Below are positions 1 to 10,885 of a DNA stretch of 64,000 nt, in pieces. The position numbers and the translations under genes are program-made. The stretch's first letter is position 1. Each line of letters begins with the position of its first letter. Source of the DNA: Macrostomum lignano (lineage: Eukaryota); NCBI GenBank assembly GCA_002269645.1, contig NIVC01001840.1, positions 1 to 64,000 of the forward strand, read 5' to 3'. Under the pieces are notes generated by a model, which saw nothing but the letters and a program-made list of their open reading frames with translations, was not told the DNA's origin and did not search any database.

Positions 1-874
1 AGCAATTTGAACAATAACCCTTTGTACGGCGTACAAGGATGCTATCCAATAGGTATGCCAATCATTTTGGCATACCAAAATTTGCATGCAATAATGTACG
101 CCAAAATTTATCTAATGTAAATGCACGCTGGAATTTTCCAGCATATAGGACACCTTCCTGACTATGGCAGCTGGGTGGTTCTTCAGAAGCATCAACCCAG
201 ATGGCTGATGTGCTTGGGTTCTCACAGTAGACCCACTTCTTATCTTGAGTGATTATCAACTGGAAAGTTTGGCGAACCGGCCTAGTGTGAAGATTTGAAG
301 TCGCCACATCCCCTGGCTCTTAGCTGCTGAGGTGTCAGCTCATGGGGCACCAGAGTTGGCTTCTTCGGCACCTTGTCCGCAGCATGCAGGCTCCACTGGA
401 CTGTGCCATAGGACACCCCAGTAGCAGCTGGCAGCTTGCACACGCTGTAGTCCGGATTGTCCCCAAGGGCTTGGGAACGGCATTGCCATCAGCAGCAGGG
501 GGTCGGCCTGAACTCAGCTTGTCCTTCAGCTCATAGTTCTCCTCAGCAAAGCGAGAGAACTAGTCGTACACTGACGACTTGGAGGGTGCATGTGGGCCCA
601 TCAGCTGCAACAACTCGCGATGTGCCTCTGCTGCATTGCGTCCCGCATGAAAGTGATTGAGCAGAATTGCTCGCCATTCAGTCTTGGCAGTTCCATTGGA
701 TGTGTTTGCTGGCTTAAGTAGGCAGGGTCTGGAACTGAGAGATGTTAAGCTAAAGAGTGATGATAAGGCTGGCCAACAGCATAGTAGATGGTTGCTGCTT
801 TTAAGCTTTTCCATAGACAAAAATTAACTAAAAGTTTGATTCTAAAAATTCCGGAAACTTTTGGCTCACCCTAA
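1..874 (-). mobile_element. Degenerate mariner (Tc1/mariner DD34D-type) transposon, left end plus 5' part of transposase pseudogene
   Basis: Minus-strand translations give WRAILLNHFHAGRNAAEAHRELLQLMGPHAPSKSSVYD*FSRFAEENYELKDKLSSGRP (mariner N-terminal HTH), LVPHELTPQQ (WVPHEL motif) and IITQDKKWVYCENP (first catalytic Asp, TGDEKW motif), broken by stops and frameshifts. Mariner-type TIR TTAGGGTGAGCCAAAAGTTTCCGGAATT at 847-874, flanked by TA at 875-876. Confidence 0.9.
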
Positions 875-1269
875 TAATTATCATAATCACTATATCATCA
901 TTATCAAATTGCGCCAGACAAAGCAGTGGCAAAAGTTAGGCCTAATTATTCGCTGCACGCTGAATATATGAGTTGGGATTGTGACAGCTATTTCAGGGAA
1001 TGGACTCTTTTTATTCTTGTTTGCTTGGAATACCACGCTAAACAAATACATGATTGAGCTTGCACTCTCAAAAGTCTGTTCCATGAACTAGATGTCACAA
1101 CATTGCAGATGCCACAGCATTCTTTCATTTTGCAATTACGTAGCACTATCCATTTGGGAGTCAGGACTTTCAATATACATTCCCCCTTAGAAGACAGCAA
1201 AATTATAAGTTAAAATTACTCTTAAAATCTAACTTCAAAATAGGACCACTTCTAAGCTTAGTAGGCTAT

Positions 1270-2035
1270 TGTCATTGACATTGTAGCATCAACTCAACTT
1301 GTCTCTTGTGTTTTGTTAGGAATATAGCTTATATTCACTTTTCTCATAAAATCATTTAAATGGTCAATTTATATATAGGTGATGATAAGACAGAACAAAA
1401 GAGCTTATTGGATTTGAATTACAATCACAAACAACAAAATTATATTAGAGGGATTGTAGGTTCTATTTCAAAATTTTAGAAAATTATCAGTATAGGCCTA
1501 TTAATCAATTGATAGAAATCCTGCTATTTTGTCTTGGCTAAATCTTGGACATTCCATAGAAGCAAGAATTGGACATTTATAGGCCTAACTAATGCACTTG
1601 CTTTCGGCCCCCTTTCACTTTTGTTTTACAATCCTATAGTAAAATAGATATATGTTTTATATTGAGCAGGATTGTAAGACAAAAGTAGGCCTTAAGGGGG
1701 TGCAGAAGCAATTACTATCAAAACACATAATTTTGTTCTTAACTGCACGTCAATAATTGATAGAAATATCTCGTTTGACTATTTTATATAGACTAGACTT
1801 CATGTTAGTAAAATAAAAATAATTGGAACCATCTATTCAATTTTGTGATATGATCCTTTTAATACAATTTTTCTATTGGTTGTAATTCAAAACCTACAAG
1901 CTCTTTTAATTTTGTCTTATAATCAACTACATATAATATAGGCCCCTAATTTTACCATTTAAATGATCATAGAACAAAAGTGAATATAAGCTATACTTCC
2001 GTAAGTTTCTATGACTATGCTACATTTCAATAAAA
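1270..2035. mobile_element. Old, diverged inverted-repeat (foldback/MITE-like) element
   Basis: About 1270-1450 (TATAGCTTATATTCACTTTT..CATTTAAATGG..ATAAGACA..AAAAGAGCTT..TTTGAATTACAA) is the imperfect reverse complement of about 1858-2035. Termini and TSD not resolvable. Confidence 0.55.
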
Positions 2036-2699
2036 ATTGCAATGATGATTTGAAATAATTTGAAAAGTGATTACAATGTACAATAATTGTTAAACATAAT
2101 TTTTTGATATATTAGAGTGTTTTTTGACTCTTTATTGGAGATCGTAAGACAAAACTTGACCTTGCTATAAAATAAAATGCTATAAAATATCACTTTGATT
2201 AATAAAACTATATAAACTAAACTGGATATAGTGCTCCAAATGCTCCAATAAAGATGTATATATTAGCCATTAAAAATAATTTGAGCTATAATGACTTTTC
2301 TAAAATAGTCTTTGCCAATAATGGTCTTTTTCCAAAATAAACTATGTCCCTTTGTTATGCATTTAGCGAAGCAGTTAGCATGACATAGCATAATGATTTG
2401 AAATGGCATAATAATATTTCATGGCATATTAGTACTAGCATAGCATACTATAGGAACTTATAATTCCTATATTGTATGTCATACCATAATTATTTATATT
2501 ACTTCTTGCAGGCAATTTATTTAATCTTTTATAAAATAAAACAATATCCCATTATATGTCTATGGAAAACTCTGGCTTTAGCTTAGCTGAAAAGTTCAAC
2601 TATTAATGTCAATATTTGACTTCTTAAGAAAATTTCACTGCTTTTTCTTGCTGTTTGAAGAGCACATTGCCCATCTTGGCTGCATCACCATGGATTTGA

Positions 2700-3030
2700 A
2701 CTCAAAAGAAGGAAAATGTGCTGCAATTTTCACACTTTGGAAGCTTTGAAAGAAGTGCTTTGAGATCTTTTCCAATTTATGCAACATTCATGGAGCTAGC
2801 ACAATAAGCAACTAATGGTTGCAACCTGACAGTTTACAACTGGGCTGAGCAGTTTGAGGCAGGAAAGACCAATGTTGCTGATCTGCTTAAGTCCATAGGC
2901 AAATTCTGCTCTATGTATCCCTCAACAGCTGTATGCAGATGCCATCAACAGCATCCCCAACAGATGTTTTGTGTGTCAAATTGAGTGGAAATTATTTGAA
3001 GGTTTTTGCACCATCTAAGGATGAGTGACC
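2700..3030 (+). pseudogene. Mariner transposase N-terminal (HTH) fossil fragment
   Basis: Frameshifted translation CAAIFTLWKL*KKCFEIFSNLCNIHGASTISN / VYNWAEQFEAGKTNVADL parallels the mariner fragment at 23984-24165 (QVFALWSVG..IHGENSL..IYGWIERFRDGQSAV). Confidence 0.65.
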
Positions 3031-3553
3031 AAGAAAAAATTGCTGCTAATAACCACGCATCTCTGTTTTCCCAGTTTACAGATTTTTATAGATTTCTTAT
3101 AAGTCTACAAGTGACTCTTTTACTACATATGTAGTTGTAACTTTTGATAAAACTGACAGAATAAAATGTAACATGACAGAAAAGGTAAGTAAAAATTTAC
3201 TATAGCAAACACAGTCTTGAAAATTTTGCAACACTCCTCATGTAATACCAGGTATAAAACTGGCTAAAATAAGTCCAAAGGATATTGCAAGAATTGCTAA
3301 AATACAATATCAACTCAATAAAATCTATGCAAAGCAACATTAGAATCCTAAAAATTGGCCATTTGGTAAATCAAAGGTATATTTTTTGTTGGAATTTATA
3401 AATATAACAGTTATAAATACACTTCTAGGTTCAAATAGGCTATGGAAATTGATATACCATCTATAAATCTTATAACTCTAACTATGAAACAATTCAAATT
3501 CAGAAATATAATAAATTGAATAATTAAGAAATAATATCATTCAATTGAATTAC

Positions 3554-3556
<3 letters not shown>

Positions 3557-3620
<64 letters not shown>
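3557..3620. repeat. (TA)n microsatellite
   Basis: About 32 uninterrupted TA units. Confidence 0.98.
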
Positions 3621-3623
<3 letters not shown>

Positions 3624-4166
3624 GTTTTGATCTGAAAACATTTAAAATGTTTGTTTTGAAATATATATATAGTTTTCATTCTCTAATTAAAAGTAAAAAT
3701 TTAAAAGTTTTTATACCAATCTAATCTGTATGAGTGATATGAATGATCTATATATAGTTTAATATCTAATATTTCTTGGAGTGGGTACTCCAAACCCCTT
3801 GACCCCATACTATGTGGTATAACTAATTAGCCAGAAACTATCCAAACAACTGTTTTATTAATAGCTCATTTAAAGCAAAGTCTCAAAGCTAAAAAACCTG
3901 ATATTGTGGTTATTTTTTATTTTTAATCATTTTTGTTTTGTCTGCCAGTAACTCGATGTGTTGGTCAAAGAGCATTTATAATAGCATTAGTAATGTATGT
4001 ATATAATGTATATTAGTAGAGGACAAGACCATTTAAAGACTAGAATATGAACCAATTAGAAACTGTTTGTGGCGCGATATCTTGTGTTAAAAATCAATCA
4101 ATAATTTAATTTCTATTCAGAATGAATAGGAGTTTCGAGGTGTTTCGAAAAGGTTATTTTTCCCTC

Positions 4167-4182
4167 AATGGCGGGCGCCATT
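4167..4182. promoter_or_regulatory. Palindromic double YY1-like site in the proximal promoter/5'UTR of the zinc-finger gene
   Basis: AATGGCG-GG-CGCCATT has perfect 7-bp inverted arms matching the YY1 core (ATGGCG), ~250 bp upstream of ATG 4429, where AT-rich sequence changes to CpG-containing sequence. A DRE-like TATCGAT lies near 4340. Confidence 0.35.
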
Positions 4183-4428
4183 TAAGAATGCTTTTAATTG
4201 GTCTTCCTGACGCTAAAAGAATTCAAACAAATTTCTATTTAGAGTTTCGCTTATTTCTTTTCCTTGCTATTTCTTTTTACCCGTTTCTGGTTCGAAGCTC
4301 GAACTCGGAGTCGGTAGGCATGCTCAGCTCTAGGCTTGTATCGATTTTTAATCCCCCGATCCAGTGTGCGCCGCACTCAGAGTCGTTTTGTTTAATAATA
4401 GGCCGGTTACAATATTCATGACCGGCTT

Positions 4429-7400
4429 ATGTCGAGCAAGCAGCCCTTGGAGGCCCTTGGGCGACGCCTTGAAACTACAATGAAACAACCCGCTAAGCTT
4501 ACCAGCGATTCGCCCCCAACTAATTGCGAAGAAATTCTTGCTAAAGCAACCGAGTTAAACAATTTTAACGACCGAACTTGCTCGCCTAGTGAGGCTAAAG
4601 TGCTCAAAACAGACGACTATGATGATGCACCCCTGTCTGAGCCTGAGTTCGAAGCGGTAGAAGATGATTATCAAGACGACAAAGAGGATGGCGAATTGGA
4701 TTCGGATGTCGAGCCAGCTCAGTCGGCCGATGATGATTCAACAAAAGCCTCCGTTACTAAGCAAGCAGCTACTGCATTAGCCGTTGTCGTGGAAACTGTT
4801 GCCCTAGCGGCTAGTCCCAGGCTAGCGGCTCAAGCTCAACCGCCGAAAGACTCAACGGAGTCTGCGGCAGCGCCGCCGCCTGTAGTTAAGGAGGAATCCG
4901 ATGGAGCTCCGGCAGCAAATGACGTCGATCAAGTTGTAGTTAAATTGGAATCGTCTACTGAATTAGTTAAAACTGCTAACGATTTCGAAATCGAAGATGA
5001 AGCATTACGAAGCCAGCAGCTTGATGATGTTAGTAGCAAGCCTAACAATAATGCAGACAGTGCAGCTGTCCAACCAATCGAGTTGCCAGTAAAACAGGAG
5101 CGACTTAAACTTGATTATGATGCTAATAAAGAAGCTGATGAAGCTGAACAAGATGATGAAGATGAGCAAGCCGCCGATGATGACGATGATGAAGCTGGCA
5201 AAATTGCTGAGCAGACTTCATTGGGCTCTGAAGCGATTCGTCAAGCAAGCGATGAGGAAGACGCCGATGAAGAAGAAGACGATGACGCAGAAGATGCCGA
5301 AAATGACGAAGAAGATGATGAGGGAGATGCAGCTGCTGGTCGGCTTGACGCTGAAGAAGTCGAAGAAGATGAATTGGATGACGATGACGGGATGAGCGGC
5401 CTTGACACGATTCTGGCCAATACTGACAGCATCAACCTTGAACAATACCAGCCACAGTATCCGTCCAGGTACTTTCAGCGTCGGCACCTGCTGTTAGCTG
5501 ATTCCCAGCATCAACAGCAGCTTGGACATTTGCCTCACGGAGTTCCACTCCCTCAGCAGCAGCATCATCAGCACCATCTGCACCATCCTGCTCAGGGCTA
5601 CCGGCCCACTCCGCCACCGAACGTCACTTTTAGCCAAATGCAGCAGCATCCGCATCATCAGCAGCATATGTTCGGCTATGCGCATCATCCTGCAGCTTCC
5701 CAGCCTCATCAGATGCAGATGCAGCAGCATCATCATCAGCAGCCTCCGCATCAGCACCATCCACAACAGCAGCAGCCGCCGCAGCCGCCCATGAAGTTTC
5801 TGTGTCAAATATGCGGAAAAACTTACGCTAATAAAAGTTCGCTTCGAACCCACGCTAAAACGGCGCACGGCATCGAAACACCCCGGCAACGACAGCATCA
5901 TCTGATGCAGCAACAGTTGCAGAATCATCAATCTGGCTCAGTACTGCCAGGACCCGTGATGCACCGTTGTCCTCACTGCGACTTTGCCAGCCCGTTCAAA
6001 TCTAACTTGGAGCGTCACGTGACTTCATTGCACGGAGGCGGCAGTGGCGGGCGTCTCTTTCAGCAGCAGCAGCAGCCGGCAACTCAGCATCATCACGTGC
6101 GCGAGTACACCCGCTCATCTGAGGGCAACCACCGTTGCGAGCACTGCGGCAAACGATTCAATACGAAGCTCCGCATGCGGCAGCACCTGGACACGCACAA
6201 TCCTAACAAGCCGTACATTTGTGACATGCCCAACTGCGAACGAGCTTTTCGGACGGCGAAATATTTGAAAAATCACAAAGACGAATTTCACAAATTGCAG
6301 CCGCGCAAATACGACTGTCCAGTGCCAGACTGCGGCAATATCTTTCACAAACGAACGCATTTGAAGCGTCACATGGAGTCGCACGTTGGCTATTCTGGCG
6401 CAAGCTTTTCCGACGCTTACGGCATGGGCGCTGGAACCAGCGATGCCAGCGTTAGCGGCCAGGGTCCGGTGCAGATGTCGCCGCAACAGCAACAACAGCA
6501 GCAGCAACCGCCAACTTTCCATTGTCAGTGGCCAGGCTGCGAGAAAGCTTTCCGGAGTCAGGGCGCTCTGCAGACTCACCGGTACAAGCACACCGGTGAA
6601 AAGCCGCTTGCCTGCGACCTGTGCAACTACAGGTGCAGGCAGAAGGTGTGCCTGATGAAGCATCACGCCAGGCTGCATCCTGGCCAGGAGCAGCCGTCGA
6701 TGCTGAACGGTAGACGAAAGCGCGGGCGCTATCCCGGTCCAGCCTCCGCTAGCTGCATCAATCCTGCTCAGCAGCAGCAGCAGCCAGCGCAGCAGCAGCA
6801 GCAACCTTCCCCGGCAATTGGACTTCATCATCAGTTGCAGCCGCAGCCGCCATTGCCGCTGCCAATATCTCAGCATCCGCTGCATCATATGCAGCAGCGA
6901 GTGCAACAACTGGCCAACGGTATGGGCATCGGGTTTGACGACTGCGATAATAATAGCCTAAGATTGAAGTCGAAAAGATTGCCAGATAGCGAAGAATTGG
7001 AAGCTGCGGCCGCTGCAGCCTCAGTGATGGAGGAAGCCAGTGTCGATTCCAACAGGCGTAGAACAATGTCCACAGCGTCTGGTTTCCCAGTTAACGGCGA
7101 CGAAGACTTCGCCGAGGAGGATATGGAAGACGAGGAAGAGGAGGATGAAGAGGACTCCGGGATGCTGGACGGAGCAGAAGCTGCCGCAGTGGCTGCCGCC
7201 GCGGCAGCAGCAGCAGCCGCCGCGACCGCGACCGAATCAGAGGTTGAACCGAAGCTGGACACTCAAATCGATGGTATAATCAGCAATTTAGAGCGCGAAT
7301 CGAATCTAATCGATTTTCTACAGCCGCAGTCCGACTGCGTCAAATTAGAGGTGAAACAGCGTTCGCCTGACGTACCCGACTTAATTAGCAGCGTAACTCA

Positions 7401-7864
7401 GCAGCAGTTGCCGTTGCGTCAAGCCTCCACTCCAGACGCTGGCTGTGGTAGTAGTAAAGACTTTCTTGACGAAGTGCTGGAAGATATTCGGAGTATAGAA
7501 TCAGCCGGAGTTCAGCTTGGCCAGGGTGTGAATCAGCAGCAGCAGCAGCCGGTTCAGCAGCAACAGCAGCAACAACAGCAGCGTCAACTGACACCTGGCG
7601 GTCGATCGCATCTGGACGCATCTGTGTGGAGCGATTCGTCCGGCTATTCAAGCGGTCACGACAGCGGCCCACCACAGCAGGCTCAGGTTGGCAAGGATTC
7701 CGGCGCTAATACCGCTGGCGGCTACGCCTACGGGCCTCAGCAGCCTCAGCAACAGCAGCAGCAGGGCTACTCACCCTATAGGCCGTCTGGCGGCATGTGG
7801 TGCGGAGGCGGCAACGATTCGTTTGCCTCGCCTAGCAACGCGCCGGCTTACGATTCTTATGCTG
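4429..7864 (+). CDS. Exon 1 of C2H2 zinc-finger protein (7 fingers, acidic N-terminus, Q/H-rich tracts), ZFP91/ZNF692/ZNF653/ZNF276-like
   Basis: Long ORF with 7 C2H2 fingers (CQICGKTY..H..H, CPHC, CEHC, CDMPNC, CPVPDC, CQWPGC, CDLC) and an HTGEKP linker. HTGEKPLACDLCNYRCRQKVCLMKH resembles ZFP91 HTGEKPLQCEICGFTCRQKASLNWH (from memory). Donor G|GTAAGC at 7864/7865, phase 1. Confidence 0.92.
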
Positions 7865-7914
7865 GTAAGCTGAGTTCAAATTTAAAGCTGTTTTAGTGAG
7901 CTGTGCGAGTCTAA

Positions 7915-9712
7915 GTTGGCTAGATTAGCTATCCATTCTATTCCTTCATTGGTGATGTTGGCTAGATTAGCAATCCATTCTATTCCTTCATTGGTGATGT
8001 TGGCTAGATTAGCAATCCATTCTATTCCTTCATTGGTGATGTTGGCTAGATTAGCAATCCATTCCATTCCTTCATTGGTGATGCTGGCTAGATTAACAAT
8101 CCATTCCATTCCTTCATTGGTGATGTTGGCTAGATTAACAATCCATTCTATTCCTTCATTGGTGATGTTGGCTAGATTAGCAATCCATTCCATTCCTTCA
8201 TTGGTGATGCTGGCTAGATTAACAATCCATTCCATTCCTTCATTGGTGATGTTGGCTAGATTAACAATCCATTCCATTCCTTCATTGGTGATGTTGGCTG
8301 GATTAGCAATCCATTCTATTCCTTTATTGGTGATGTTGGCTAGATTAGCAATCCATTCTGTTCCTTCAATCTGAGATGTTGGCTGGATTAGCAATCCACT
8401 CTGTTCCTTCATTCTGAGATGTTGGCTGGATTAGCAATCCATTCTATTCCTTTATTGGTGATGCTGGCTAGATTAGCAATCCATTCTATTCCTTTATTGG
8501 TGATGTTGGCTAGATTAGCAATCCATTCTGTTCCTTTATTGGTGATGTTGGCTAGATTAGCAATCCATTCTATTCCTTTATTGGTGATGTTGGCTAGATT
8601 AGCAATCCATTCTATTCCTTTATTGGTGATGTTGGCTAGATTAGCAATCCATTCTATTCCTTTATTGGTGATGTTGGCTAGATTAGCAATCCATTCTGTT
8701 CCTTCAATCTGAGATGTTGGCTGGATTAGCAATCCACTCTGTTCCTTCATTCTGAGATGTTGGCTGGATTAGCAATCCATTCTATTCCTTTATTGGTGAT
8801 GTTGGCTAGATTAGCAATCCATTCTATTCCTTCATTGGTGATGTTGGCTAGATTAGCAATCCATTCCATTCCTTCATTGGTGATGCTGGCTAGATTAACA
8901 ATCCATTCCATTCCTTCATTGGTGATGTTGGCTAGATTAACAATCCATTCTATTCCTTCATTGGTGATGTTGGCTAGATTAGCAATCCATTCCATTCCTT
9001 CATTGGTGATGCTGGCTAGATTAACAATCCATTCCATTCCTTCATTGGTGATGTTGGCTAGATTAACAATCCATTCCATTCCTTCATTGGTGATGTTGGC
9101 TGGATTAGCAATCCATTCTATTCCTTTATTGGTGATGTTGGCTAGATTAGCAATCCATTCTGTTCCTTCAATCTGAGATGTTGGCTGGATTAGCAATCCA
9201 CTCTGTTCCTTCATTCTGAGATGTTGGCTGGATTAGCAATCCATTCTATTCCTTTATTGGTGATGCTGGCTAGATTAGCAATCCATTCTATTCCTTTATT
9301 GGTGATGTTGGCTAGATTAGCAATCCATTCTGTTCCTTTATTGGTGATGTTGGCTAGATTGGCAATCCATTCTATTCCTTTATTGGTGATGTTGGCTAGA
9401 TTAGCAATCCATTCTATTCCTTTATTGGTGATGTTGGCTAGATTAGCAATCCATTCTATTCCTTCATTGGTGATGTTGGCTAGATTAGCAATCCATTCTA
9501 TTCCTTTATTGGTGATGTTGGCTAGATTGGCAATCCATTCTATTCCTTTATTGGTGATGTTGGCTAGATTGGCAATCCCTTCTATTCCTTTATTGGTGAT
9601 GTTGGCTAGATTAGCAATCCATTCTATTCCTTTATTGGTGATGTTGGCTAGATTGGCAATCCATTCTATTCCTTTATTGGTGATGTTGGCTAGATTGGCA
9701 ATCCCTTCTATT
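7915..9712 (+). repeat. 42-bp minisatellite (TTGGCTAGATTAGCAATCCATTCTATTCCTTCATTGGTGATG), ~43 copies, with higher-order blocks
   Basis: Direct tandem repeat (14-aa period in the ORF track) starting ~50 bp after the intron donor. Confidence 0.98.
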
Positions 9713-10315
9713 CTCTTCCCTTCCATAGCGCAATGACCTCCCGTTTTACAAGTACAATACTCTCACCTTGCATGCATTATACCGCATGTATGCGAGTATC
9801 TGTGTATATATAGGCATGTATAAATTTGCTACATTCAACCCCTCTCCGCCCGAGTCCGCGCATACTTGAGCGCCAGTTTTGGTGGCTAAGGGGGGGGGCG
9901 ACCGACGCGCAAAATAAGGCAAATTTTTAATTAGATTTCGCTGCTCCCTTAGCCCCTCCTCTCCGGCAACGCAACTCCGGCAGCATCAAAAAAAATTGCC
10001 AATGCATATTATACTGCGAATAGCCCGAGTCTATCGCGCCATGGATTCTACTTAGCTTGCTTGACTTTTCTTCTTCTTCAAGGCCGATGTTTTGCTTCCT
10101 TCTACTGCTGCCAGACCACCAACCGAGTTGGGCAACTACGCACTTTTGTATAATTTTATTATTTAATAATTATTATACACCAGCTTAGTCTAGGCCTCTT
10201 CAAGTACTAAACCACCCTTAGATTTGTATTTTTCTGTACATTGTTCTGCGTTTGTGTATACATGTGTATAACATGCGTGTATTTAAGTACTTAGCAACGA
10301 CTTGCGCGAGCCACA

Positions 10316-10885
10316 GATTTCAGTTTCCTAGAAATTGCCTTGGCAACCAGTTTCAGAAGCTAGGGATTTCAGTTTCCTAGAAATTGCCTTGGCAACCAGT
10401 TTCAGAAGCTAGGGATTTCAGTTTTCTAGAAATTACCTTGGCAACCAGTTTCAGAAGCTAGGGATTTCAGTTTCCTAGAAATTGCCTTGGCAACCAGTTT
10501 CAGAAGCTAGGGATTTCAGTTTCCTAGAAATTGCCTTGGCAACCAGTTTCGGAAGCCAGAGATTTCAGTTTCCTAGAAATTGCCTTGGCAACCAGTTTTG
10601 GAAGCCAGAGATTTCAGTTTCTTAGAAATAGCCTTAGCAACCACTTTCGGAAGCTAGGGATTTTAGTTTCCTAGAAATTGCCTTAGCAACCACTTTCGGA
10701 AGCTGGAGATTTAAGTTTCTTAGAAATGCCTTAGTAACCACTTTTGGAAGCTGGAGATTTAAGTTTCTTAGAAATGCCTTAGCAACCAGTTTTAGAAGCC
10801 AGAGATTTCAGTTTCTTAGAAATGCCTTAGTAACCACTTTTGGAAGCTAGGGATTTTAGTTTCCTACAAATAGCCTTAGCAACGA
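10316..10885. repeat. 49-bp minisatellite (GATTTCAGTTTCCTAGAAATTGCCTTGGCAACCAGTTTCAGAAGCTAGG), ~11 copies
   Basis: Period 49 measured (10316 to 10365). Each unit contains ATTGCCTTGGCAAC or ATTGCCTTAGCAAC. Confidence 0.95.

Noticed and set aside
5111-7873. Overlapping and antisense ORFs within the zinc-finger exon
   Set aside because: They are shadows of GC-rich CAG/GAT codon repeats, with no domain signatures.
4429-7896. Single-exon 1155-aa zinc-finger model from the ORF track
   Set aside because: A consensus donor at 7865 and an in-phase Q-rich exon at 13978 indicate a two-exon gene. The short form is kept only as a possible minor isoform.
7882-9736. Long periodic ORFs (WIANLANITNEGIE / MLARLAIHSIPSLV) and a CRISPR-like look
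   Set aside because: They are translations of an intronic 42-bp tandem repeat. The units are contiguous with no unique spacers, there are no cas genes, and the context is eukaryotic.
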